DNA of 64,000 nucleotides from Bacteroidota bacterium (GTDB lineage: Bacteria; Bacteroidota; Bacteroidia; Chitinophagales; Chitinophagaceae): NCBI GenBank assembly GCA_041183265.1, contig JBEGMC010000034.1, positions 80 through 64,079 of the forward strand, written 5' to 3'. Position 1 is the stretch's first letter. Each line of letters opens with the position of its first letter. Of this stretch, positions 36,234 through 46,700 are shown piece after piece. Under the pieces are notes generated by a model, which saw only the letters and a list, made by a program, of their open reading frames with translations, had not been told where the DNA came from and did no database searches. The translations under genes were made by a program, and so were the position numbers.

Positions 36234-37343
36234 ATGAATGAAGAGCAATTGCATTATCATTTATCACTGATACTTGTTCCCCATATTGGTGATGTGCACA
36301 TATCCATATTGATGGAGCATTTCAAGGATCCAAAACAAATATTTCAAGCAAAACGGAAAGAGCTGGAGTTGATCAGCGGAATAGGATCAGTAAGAGCCCA
36401 TGCCATCAAATCATTCAATGCATTCGATCTTGTTGAACGTGAGTTGAAGTTTGTTGAAAAAAATAATATCAATGTGCTAGTAAAAACCATGGACGGCTAT
36501 CCAAAAAAACTCAAAGAATTTCAGGACGCCCCACACATATTATTTTTCAAGGGATCTGCAACGTTGAGCGATTGCAGGATTGTCAGCATCATCGGCACGC
36601 GGTCGCCTACTTCATATGGAAAAGAAAGGGTGGTTGAATTGATCAAATCGTTGAGCGGGCAGAAAGTATTGGTAGTAAGCGGACTCGCTTATGGCATTGA
36701 TACCATTGTTCACAAAGAATCTTTGAGGGCTGCACTTCCAACCTTGGGGGTATTGGGACACGGATTGGATCAGATTTATCCACAGGCGAACCGATCGCTT
36801 GCAGTGGAAATGCTGCAAAACGGTGGACTGATTACTGAGTTCTTGAGCAAGACAAAACCTGACAAACAAAATTTTCCTTTGAGAAATAGAATTGTTTCCG
36901 GAATTGCTGATGCAGTCGTTGTAGTGGAGAGTGGTGAAAAAGGAGGCAGTTTGATCACTGCCAATATGGCCAATGCTTACAATAAAGATGTTTTTGCTTA
37001 TCCAGGGAGATCTATTGATACCCAGAGCAGGGGATGCAATGAGCTGATCAAATCACAAAGAGCTATGCTCATCAATGATGGAAATGATTTTTTATCTTTT
37101 ATGAATTGGCAGGTTGATTCCCGTCGAAAGTCCACTATTCAATCCTCATTGTTTCAAGAGTTGACGCAGGAGGAAAGGTTCCTACTTGGACTGTTCAATG
37201 ACGGAAAAACCTTGTCAATCGATCAAATTCACCTGCTGTCCAACATGAAACCGAGCCAGGTCCCGCTCATCTTGTTATCACTCGAAATGAAAGGACTGGT
37301 AAGGATCCTCCCCGGGAAAATATATGCTGCCACATCCAGCTGA
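36234..37343 (+). CDS. dprA: DNA-processing protein DprA
   Basis: 369 aa from ATG 36234. SAM-like N-domain, Rossmann core (IIGTRSPTSYG, GLAYGIDT, ESGEKGGSLITA) and a C-terminal winged-helix-like tail. Confidence 0.9.
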   Translation: MNEEQLHYHLSLILVPHIGDVHISILMEHFKDPKQIFQAKRKELELISGIGSVRAHAIKSFNAFDLVERELKFVEKNNINVLVKTMDGYPKKLKEFQDAPHILFFKGSATLSDCRIVSIIGTRSPTSYGKERVVELIKSLSGQKVLVVSGLAYGIDTIVHKESLRAALPTLGVLGHGLDQIYPQANRSLAVEMLQNGGLITEFLSKTKPDKQNFPLRNRIVSGIADAVVVVESGEKGGSLITANMANAYNKDVFAYPGRSIDTQSRGCNELIKSQRAMLINDGNDFLSFMNWQVDSRRKSTIQSSLFQELTQEERFLLGLFNDGKTLSIDQIHLLSNMKPSQVPLILLSLEMKGLVRILPGKIYAATSS

Positions 37344-37376
37344 TGCTCTTTTTTGTATTTTTTCATACCTTCGCAT

Positions 37377-38852
37377 ATGGCAACAAGAACTCCATCCCCC
37401 AAGTTTTTCGGTGAAGGCCTGACCTTCGATGACGTTTTACTGGTTCCGGCATATTCTGAAGTATTGCCGAGAGAAGTGGACACCAGATCTCATTTAACAA
37501 AGGACATCGTCCTCAATATCCCGATGCTTTCTGCCGCCATGGATACGGTTACTGAGGCCAACCTTGCCATTGCACTGGCCAGAGAGGGAGGAATCGGAAT
37601 CCTGCATAAAAACATGTCCATCGACCAGCAAGTGGAGCAGGTCAGAAAAGTGAAGAGAAGTGAAAGTGGAATGATCATTGATCCCGTTACACTTCATGAA
37701 GACGCCATCATCGAAGATGCCTTGAAGTTGATGCGTGAAAACAGAATTGGAGGTATCCCCATTGTAGACAGAAACAACAAACTTGTTGGTATTCTGACAA
37801 ACCGTGATCTGAGATTTGAAACCAACAGAAAAAAGAAAATAAAAGAGGTCATGACCAGTGAAAACCTGGTAACGGCACCGGAGGGCACAGATCTTCACAA
37901 GGCCGAAAAAATTTTACAGAACTATAAAATAGAAAAACTGCCTGTTGTCAAAAAGAACGGACAACTGATTGGCTTGATTACATATCGTGATATTCTTCAA
38001 TTACAGAGTTTCCCCAATGCTGCAAAAGATGAATTCGGGCGTTTGAGGGTTGGTGCTGCATTGGGTATCACAAAGGATATGCTAGACAGAACCGCCGCAC
38101 TGCAGCAAATCGGTGTGGATGTTGTTTGCCTGGACAGTGCACATGGACATACCAAGGGTGTAATCGATTCATTGAAGACAATCAGAAAAAATTTCAAGCA
38201 TATCAGAATCATTGCCGGCAATGTGGCAACAGCCTCAGGTGCGAAAGCGCTCGCAGAAGCAGGTGCAAGCGGAGTTAAAGTGGGAATAGGACCTGGCTCC
38301 ATATGTACCACAAGAATCGTTGCAGGTGCAGGTGTTCCACAAATCACCGCTATCATGGAAGCATCCTCCGCATTGAAAAAATTAAATGTACCTGTTATCG
38401 CCGACGGAGGAATCAGGTATACAGGAGACATGGTGAAAGCGATAGCAGCAGGGGCATCTACTGTCATGATGGGAAGTATTTTTGCAGGAGTGGAAGAGAG
38501 TCCCGGTGAAACAATCATCTACGAAGGAAGAAAATTCAAACAATACCGCGGAATGGGCTCCATTGGGGCTATGCAGTTGGGCAGCAGCGACAGGTATTTT
38601 CAAGATGTGGAAGACGGCATCAAGAAGTTGGTACCTGAAGGAATCGAGGGTAGGGTGCCGTTCAAAGGCAATTTGAATGAAGTGGTAACGCAGTATGTTG
38701 GTGGGTTGAGAGCAGGAATGGGTTATTGCGGAGCCAAAAATATCAAAACGCTCCAAGAGGCACAGTTCATCCGCATCACCAATGCCGGCATCAAAGAAAG
38801 CCACGCACACGATGTTGCCATTACAAAAGAAGCACCCAATTACAGCAGATAA
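37377..38852 (+). CDS. guaB: IMP dehydrogenase
   Basis: 491 aa from ATG 37377. [17 protein letters not shown], a CBS pair and the catalytic loop [11 protein letters not shown]. Confidence 0.97.
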   Translation: MATRTPSPKFFGEGLTFDDVLLVPAYSEVLPREVDTRSHLTKDIVLNIPMLSAAMDTVTEANLAIALAREGGIGILHKNMSIDQQVEQVRKVKRSESGMIIDPVTLHEDAIIEDALKLMRENRIGGIPIVDRNNKLVGILTNRDLRFETNRKKKIKEVMTSENLVTAPEGTDLHKAEKILQNYKIEKLPVVKKNGQLIGLITYRDILQLQSFPNAAKDEFGRLRVGAALGITKDMLDRTAALQQIGVDVVCLDSAHGHTKGVIDSLKTIRKNFKHIRIIAGNVATASGAKALAEAGASGVKVGIGPGSICTTRIVAGAGVPQITAIMEASSALKKLNVPVIADGGIRYTGDMVKAIAAGASTVMMGSIFAGVEESPGETIIYEGRKFKQYRGMGSIGAMQLGSSDRYFQDVEDGIKKLVPEGIEGRVPFKGNLNEVVTQYVGGLRAGMGYCGAKNIKTLQEAQFIRITNAGIKESHAHDVAITKEAPNYSR

Positions 38853-38861
38853 ATATTGAAG

Positions 38862-40028
38862 ATGAAAAGACTGCTCATTGCATGTGTTTTCCTTTTCTCT
38901 TTCTTGCCACCGCATGCGGCAAAGGCGCAGCAGGATAGCAGTGGACTGCAAATCAGTTTGCTGACTTGTTCTCCCGGAGCGGAGCTTTACTCAGTGTTTG
39001 GACACAATGCATTGCGCATAGTAGATTCAGCTGCCGGAACTGATATTGTATACAACTATGGAACATTTGACTTCAATGATCCGGATTTTTACACAAAATT
39101 CATTCGGGGTAAATTGCTGTACTTCGTCAGCCAGGTAAACTACAGTGATTTTCTGTTTGAATATCAGTATTTCAAAAGAGGAGTAAAAGAACAAGTGCTC
39201 AATTTTAATCAACAAGAAAAAAAGAAAATACAAGCTGATTTATTTCAGAATGTTAGAGAAGAGAACAGATATTACAAGTATGATTTTCTGTTCGACAACT
39301 GTACGACAAGGTTGAGAGATATTATTTTTCAAAAAAACAAATACGAGGCCTATCAAATCCCCATCTTTACAAGACAGGGTCAGACATTCAGGGATCACCT
39401 GCATGTATACCTGGATCGTGCACACATGAGGTGGACTGCTTTTGGCATTGATCTTTTGTTGGGGTGGGGGGCCGATATTCCTATGACACAAATGCAATCC
39501 ATGTTTTTGCCCGATTTCCTGAACAAAGGGGTTTCTCTCACGACTACTGATCTGGGAAAAATCGAGCAAACCGAGACAGTGGTTTTGGAAGATTTGCAGT
39601 CTGCACCGCAATCACTTCCTTTTTATCTTGATCCTTTGTTTGTGTTGACTTTTTTTTGTGCATTGTTGTTGATTCCATCTTTTTATTTTACTTCTCTGAG
39701 ATTGTTGAGCGACCAAATATTATTCAGCTTCTCTGGTATGCTAGGATGTTTCCTGTTGTTCATGTGGTTTGGAACCGACCATCAAAGTTTTTCAAAAAAT
39801 TTGAACCTTGTTTGGGCATTTCCCCTCAATCTCTATTTTACTTTCAAGCTCAATAACCTGCAAGATTGGATGCGGAAGTTTTTTAAAATATGGAGCATTG
39901 TACTGTTGGTATTGATTTCATTTTCTCTCACAAATATGGGAATGATCAATATTGCTTTGTATCCTTTGATGTTATTCATTTCTTTCAGATATTGGATCTT
40001 ATCTAAAAAAATCAATCAACATGCGTAA
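38862..40028 (+). CDS. DUF4105 (Lnb N-terminal periplasmic domain-like) membrane protein
   Basis: 388 aa from ATG 38862 (the track start is TTG). Signal peptide, DUF4105 hallmarks (LLTCSPGAELYSVFGHNALRI, YNYGTFDF, YDFLFDNCTTR) and a C-terminal third with about 5 TM segments. Confidence 0.72.
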   Translation: MKRLLIACVFLFSFLPPHAAKAQQDSSGLQISLLTCSPGAELYSVFGHNALRIVDSAAGTDIVYNYGTFDFNDPDFYTKFIRGKLLYFVSQVNYSDFLFEYQYFKRGVKEQVLNFNQQEKKKIQADLFQNVREENRYYKYDFLFDNCTTRLRDIIFQKNKYEAYQIPIFTRQGQTFRDHLHVYLDRAHMRWTAFGIDLLLGWGADIPMTQMQSMFLPDFLNKGVSLTTTDLGKIEQTETVVLEDLQSAPQSLPFYLDPLFVLTFFCALLLIPSFYFTSLRLLSDQILFSFSGMLGCFLLFMWFGTDHQSFSKNLNLVWAFPLNLYFTFKLNNLQDWMRKFFKIWSIVLLVLISFSLTNMGMINIALYPLMLFISFRYWILSKKINQHA

Positions 40029-40776
40029 AAAAATATTGATCACAGGTGCAAGTTCCGGATTTGGAAAGTCCATGGCTCATCGATTTGCCAAAGAAGGATG
40101 GAATCTTGTTATCACCGGAAGGCGAGAGCACATGTTGATTGACCTGGCTAAGGAACTCGCTGCAAAGTATGGGACAGATGTACTTGTGAAAGTTTTTGAT
40201 GTACAGCAACGCAAAGAAGTTTTCGATGCGCTTTCAAATGACGGAAGACTGAATGATGTTGAAGTGGTGGTCAACAATGCCGGACTCGCTCTTGGCAGAG
40301 ATTATTTTGATGAAGCCAACCTGGATGATTGGGAAACAATGATTGACACCAATATGAAGGGCTTGCTGTATGTGTCTAAAGCAATGCTTCCCTATTTGAT
40401 CAAAAGGGGGAAGGGTCATATTATCAACATTGGATCAACCGCTGGCAAGGAAGTATACGAAAAAGGAAACGTGTATTGTGCTACTAAAACATCTGTCGAA
40501 GCCATCAGTCAGGCAATGAGAATCGATATGCTTCGTCACAACATAAAAGTTACTGCTATTCATCCAGGTGCAGCTGAAACGGAATTTTCAATCGTCCGAT
40601 TCAAAGGGGATGCTTCCATGGCAAAAACAGTATACGATGGTTACCAGCCATTGAAAGCAGATGATGTAGCAGATACGGCCTTTTACTGTGCAAACCTGCC
40701 TGAACATGTTTGTATCAACAGTTTGGTTATGACATGCACATCCCAAGCCAATTCATTTTATTTATTGCGCAAGTGA
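40021..40776 (+). CDS. SDR family NAD(P)-dependent oxidoreductase (YdfG-like)
   Basis: 251 aa. TGASSGFG, NNAG and the catalytic YCATK. The ATG overlaps the 3' end of the upstream gene by 8 nt. Confidence 0.9.
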   Translation: MRKKILITGASSGFGKSMAHRFAKEGWNLVITGRREHMLIDLAKELAAKYGTDVLVKVFDVQQRKEVFDALSNDGRLNDVEVVVNNAGLALGRDYFDEANLDDWETMIDTNMKGLLYVSKAMLPYLIKRGKGHIINIGSTAGKEVYEKGNVYCATKTSVEAISQAMRIDMLRHNIKVTAIHPGAAETEFSIVRFKGDASMAKTVYDGYQPLKADDVADTAFYCANLPEHVCINSLVMTCTSQANSFYLLRK

Positions 40777-43700
40777 AATCCTGACTTGTAATCCTCCCCT
40801 TGTATTGACGGAAGGTGCTGAATTTGAGATGTATGGACTCACCCTTCTTTGGTCAAAATACAGTTGGAGATTGATTCTGTTATTCAGTACATAATCAATG
40901 GTTGGGCGAATGCTGATTACTTTTTGTCCACCTGTTGCATATGCATTTTGCTGATCCAGTCTTGAATTCGAATTGATGTCATCCCGTATGCTGAAATCCA
41001 ATGCAAATGTGATATCACTGCCGGAGGGAGATCCGGGTTGGCCCTCGCTTTGATCCTTGTTTCCAAGGTTCAGGTTAAAAGGCAAGTTGACACCTCTTTT
41101 TCTCCACCTCATGCCAAATGTGATCTCGGTCGAGTGTACTTCACTCAATTGAAAATCTGCCAAACTCAAACTCAATTGTCTGGATTTTTTATACTCAAAT
41201 CTTCCTGAAAGTTGGCTGGGTGTACTGAAATCTATGCCAATCAAAGGTGCAAATTGTTCAGATATCAAGAGGTTCGGAACCAGGAAATATGGAATGAAAT
41301 TTCCGGTAATGGTATCTACAAAGGATGGGAATCCATACAGGAGTGTATCTTGGAAAAGCAAGGCAGAATTGAAACTGTTCATGCTCAATGTTGAAATGTA
41401 TGCATGGCTGAGCGTAAAGTTGCTCAGTATATTTTCTATACCTGGAATTTTACTCAATCCATTGTAAGTGATCCTCCAATTGGGTTTAGGCATGTAACCT
41501 TTGAAAGGATTTGTTTTTACTGAACCCGTTTCTCCAGTGTTCAGCAGAGAAATATTTTTTGGATCCTGTTTCGTGTATGCTGCAATGAAAGATGGTACGA
41601 GCACATCTTGGGCATACCTGCCATATCCTTTGTAATATCCATCTGAACCTTGCACTTTGCTGTATGGGTTGCTTTCTCCCAATCGCTTGGATAAAACAGC
41701 CCTGTTCTCTTCAAATGTTTTGAATGTTCCGCTGATGGCATTGGGGTCAAATTTTCCAAATAGTGTCTGAAACGAGATATAGCTGATGCTAAAGCCTCCG
41801 CCTGAATATGGATTGAGTGCAGAAAATTGTCCGGTATTGGCAGTGTCTTTAAAAAGGGTGGAGTAGTTTTTATTGAGGGTCCTGTCAACATTTACATCAA
41901 TCAGAAAATCTTTGAAGGGTTCAACTTGGGCGGTAAGGTTGAATTTTTGGTCATAATTCTGCAGAAACAGGTTGTTGAGCATCGGATCACTGGTAATCAA
42001 TCCCTTTTTGGCAACAGATTGAAGCCATGCCTGATTGGGCTGTTTTCCTGCGATGAAATCAACTCCCGGTGAGAGGCTTTTCCAGTTTTGACCCAAGGCT
42101 CTTGTACTGTCTGTATATCCCGGCAGGAAGGTGGTTCCACCTTCGTTGTAAGAGGCTCCCACTCTTTTGAGTGCGGTAATGATGCGGAGGATTGTTTTTT
42201 CTGCGCCTGACAGAGCAATATCTTTTTTCTGTTTTACTTCTTTTTCTTTCTTTTCTTTCTCTTCAATGACATTTCCATCCTTGTCCTTCTTTTCTTTTTT
42301 CTTTTTAGCAGATGTCGCCTTGGGTTGTTTTGGCGCAGGCGCAGCGCCGTTTCCATCAATTGCTCGCAAGAATCTTACTTTGTTATACAGTTGTGTAAAA
42401 TTCAATTCTGCTGTTGCCCCTGCCTGGTTGCTGTTTTGCAATGTATTTCCGAGGTTCACGGCAAGTCTGGATGCCCCCACCCAATTATATGTTGTACGAT
42501 AGGCCAGGTTCAAACTTGTCCAGTCGAGCAATGGGAAACTGTTCAATGGAACATTATAGGTGAGATCTGCATTGTGGCTGTAAAGTGTATTTCTTCCACC
42601 TTTGAGAAAATTCCTGAGCAATGAATCTTGTTTTGCTTTTGTATCAATTCTTCCGAATGGCTCATCCACCCTTGAATTATTGGTTGCCCTGAAGTCAAAG
42701 TTGAGTGATTTGGTGAGGTCCCATCGCAAATTGTAATTTCTGTCAACGATAAAGTATTTGTCGTAGGTTTCTGGAATTTTAAATTTCCCGCCTCCAACAT
42801 TGCGTGGACGAATGGCGCCAAATTGCCTTCTTGTATCCAATCTGAATCCAATGAGGGAGGGCATTAGATTGAAGTTTACATTTTTGATGAAGTCAACCCA
42901 TTTGCTTTGGAACGGTATAATTTTTTTCAATGGCTCAATATATTTAGGTTGCCTGTTGAAGTTATACCCTATGCCTCCTTGTGTTTTGGCAACTTCATTG
43001 TTTTCCGTCAGGGGATTGTGTTGCCTGGTTTGTGTGAGGGAATAACTGAAGTCAAAATTGGAAAGACTCCAAAGCCTGATTTTTTTGTCCTGTCTTTGTG
43101 CAAAACGGACATTGGTGAAGTTGATGGTTTTGATGCCTGTATAATCAACCGCATCGCCATTGATGGAATCTCTTTTGTCTCTGTAGAGTGATAATTTGTC
43201 TCTTAATAATATATCACGGTCATATGGATCAAATTGAGGAGAACTCATTGTCTCGGAGAGATTCAGGAAGAAGGGGATTTCCAGACCGATTTGTTTGGGA
43301 AGCAGTTTGCCCAATTGGAGATTTGCTGACAGATCATACTGTTTGAGGTCATTTCTGTAACGTTCATTCACACGTTGTTCAAGCTGGCCGAATCCAACGG
43401 TATGCATGTTCGCTGAAACGGAGACTGTTCCCAGGTCTGCCAGCTGGATATTCATTTGTCCCACTGCTGCCCAGGCACTGTTTTCATTGATTCCTGAAAG
43501 TCTCAGCTCGTTGATCCATACTTCTGCATTGATCGGCCTTCCGCCGGATGCATTTTTGGGATTTTCAACACCGGCCAGTATGCCCCTGATTTCTGCAAGA
43601 TTGGGATTGCCATATACAGAAAATATTTTACCGTTGACAATCTTTCTGTAGATAGCAGTGGGGTTGTTTGTTTTGAGGTTGCGCTCGTTTTTAAGATCGA

Positions 43701-46700
43701 TCAGTGTTTGCAAATCAAAACTCAATTCATTTTCAATGGGCCAAATGGCATTTTCATCCGAACTGCCAAATGGTGTTGTTTTCAGGGGATATTTGATTTC
43801 ATAATAATGATTGATGTAATCTGTTCCTAATCTAACAACAGCATACAATTCTCCATCGTTGATTCTCGCATATTGCTTGAGGCTCTCAGCATGATAAAAC
43901 ATGGCGAGCGTTTTGTATTGTCTCAAATCATGGTTGAATCCTTTGAAAACAGCCCTGCCTCTTCCTTCTTCCAGATTTAAAACAGTCATGCTCAGGGCCT
44001 GTTCATTTTGTAAAATATTGATCCCACCATTGCTGAGCGTTTGCACTCTTTCAATACCGGGTGGCGTGCGATAGGGAATAGGATCTCTTTTGTCATTCTC
44101 TTCGATATTCACTGCTGTGACATTGAAAAAAGTATTCTCATTTGATTTGTTCAGTGGAATGTATGTGCCTGTGGTGTCCAATTCATAGGCAAAGCTTCTC
44201 CAATTGTTTCTAACCAATTCAAGTTTAGCAAATCGCATTACTACAGAGTCTTCAAAGTCAGTCAAAAACATCCTGATGAAACGAATGGATTTAAAATCAG
44301 GAATTTCACCAACCTTGCTGGTATATGCATTGATGGGCACCCTGAACTGATACCAAATCTGATCCTGTTTCGATCCATCTGAGAGTGTTACGTTGACGAC
44401 TTTCTTATCTGCAATAAAATTTTTGCCAACCTGCATGAGCGGATCACCTGAAGGTTTGAAGTCAATTCTGTATTGGAAATATTCTTCAGCCTCATTCAAG
44501 GTATTGTCCCTGTTCAGATCTTCCCCGTCAGGGTACAATGTAAAGGCAGATGCAAATGCATCTCCTGCTCTGGCCACGGGTGAATTGCCTTGAGGGTTGT
44601 TGAAATTTTTATACCGCTTTAAAATGCCTGCATTCTCCTGATCAAAACTTGCATCTCTGTAATATTTGAAATTATCGGAGGAGGGATCTGTATTGGCTTG
44701 TTTGTATGCATCGGATCCAACGCCTAGTCTGGATGCCAAATCATTTAAGTAGTCTTTTCTTTTTGCAATTTCTGCAGAATCACTCAATCCGTCGAGTCCT
44801 ACATCCTGGAAGGAACGGTCATTGGGTTCATTGCTGAATCCAGTGGTGATTTGTGTGGGATTCAGCGGCACCCTTCCCCAATTGGATGTGGCAACACTGG
44901 ATGGAATGGTAGGTGTCGGCAATCCATTTTCATAAAATCTCCTGGAATCTTTGAGGATATCCTCTGAAATGTTTCCAAGGTTGATGTACATCGATCCACC
45001 TGCCTTGTTGGTATTTTTGATAAAAGGATCCAATACCCAAAAATCGATGAACTCAATGTTGGCAGTTTCAAAATCTGTTTGATCGATGCCCCGCATGATG
45101 CCACCCCAACGTTGTTTTGGATTTCTCAGTGCACCATTGCTTTCAATATTTGTTGCGTCATAGTTATAGGGACCTCTTTCTTTGGGGTAGTAAGCCAGGT
45201 CAAATGTTACAAGCTGACTTTGGCCGAAGTCAGGTGTTCTTCTTGGAAAAATTTCCTGTTGTCCAACACTTCTGACCCTGGGATCTGAAAGCTGTTCGAT
45301 GTCGTTTCGAAGGGGGTTGCTCAAATTTCTTTTTTCCTGTAAAATCGGTTCGATGTTGTACCAGGCAAGTTTTGCTCTGTTCTTTCCATAGTCAATGTTG
45401 TCAAACGAAGTGGCTTCCGGAAACATGGTATTGCCAAATCGATCCTTTGCACCCGCAGGAGTTGACGCCAGTGTCCATCCGATGATGGGGAATCTCAAAT
45501 CAATGCTCGATTTTGTTCCCTCGAAATCATCCAAATACACCAACCCTTTTCCACCTTTCCCAATTTGAGGTGCGTGTCCAGGTTTCAATTGGGCAACTTC
45601 AGCAGAAGCGCTGATGCTGGATGATCCCGATGCTTCATAGAAAGGCAATTTGCTCAGCCACTTGCTCAATCTTGGGACTTCACTGTTGTAGGACATGTCT
45701 AGTCCAGCCATGCTGTTCCTGATAGGATCAGAACCGTATTCCATTTTTGTGAAAAACGGACGCTCTCCCAGTCTGACCATATTGCCACCTATCGAAAACT
45801 TGTCGCTGAAAAGATAATCCCACCGTATTCCGGTGTAGGTCCTTTGTTGAACACCAAATGTTGCATTGTTTTCAAACTGCACATTTACAGGTACACCGGA
45901 TTGTTTGATGGAGCTGTTGATTACACGTAGCGTTCCTGAGAGGTAATCAATGGTATAATCAACATTCTCTATTAATTTTTGTCCACCTGCAGTTACTGTT
46001 ACTGAACCTTGCGGAATATTGAATGCGTTCAAAGAAATTTCTCCGGAAGACCCGCCGGATGATTTTGAACTCCCTTTCATGATGAACCTGTTCAGGTTTG
46101 CATATGTTTGGGCAATGGCCTTGATTGTATCGTAGAGTGGATAAAACAAATATTTTTCGCGCAGTGCAGGATCGGTGAATGCAAAATCAAGGTCATGTCC
46201 AAATGGCTCCAAGACAGGGAACATCACGCGACTTTGATAAGAGTTTACAGTAAATCCCTCTACGTAGTCGAATACACCATCTGGTTGGGGATCATTCTGG
46301 TTGTTCAATCTATCAAGGTTCAATAAGGTGATCAACGGAACACCCGCCTGCTCTCCCTCTGTGATGTATCTTTTTTCTCCTCCTCCTGGCTCCTGATACA
46401 ATACATTGAATTGAAAATCCTGTCGTTCCAATTGTCCCGCCCCCACAGCGTAAACATTCTTCATCATCAAATCCCATATGGGCAAGGAAGTCCTTTGTGA
46501 AGTCGCTTTCAATAATTTCAGGAAAAGTATTTTTGAAACACCGCTTGTGGAATCAACCGGTACATCTTGAGCAAACTCACCAACCTGGAATACCTTTCCG
46601 TTGACGGTATATTGGAAGGCAACACCCAGCACTTCATCCGGTTGTAGGGTTACGTTCAGTGATATGAATCCAAGTTGTCTGTTGAAATAATATTGTGATG

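Noticed and set aside
37997-38951. Two long minus-strand ORFs (173 aa and 189 aa).
   Set aside because: Both are antisense to guaB. Their Ala/Pro/Ser-rich composition is typical of the reverse frame of a highly expressed gene.
42167-42502. 111-aa plus-strand ORF with an FSFFSFSS-type repeat.
   Set aside because: It is the reverse-complement reading of the Lys/Glu-rich insert of sprA, so it is not an independent gene.
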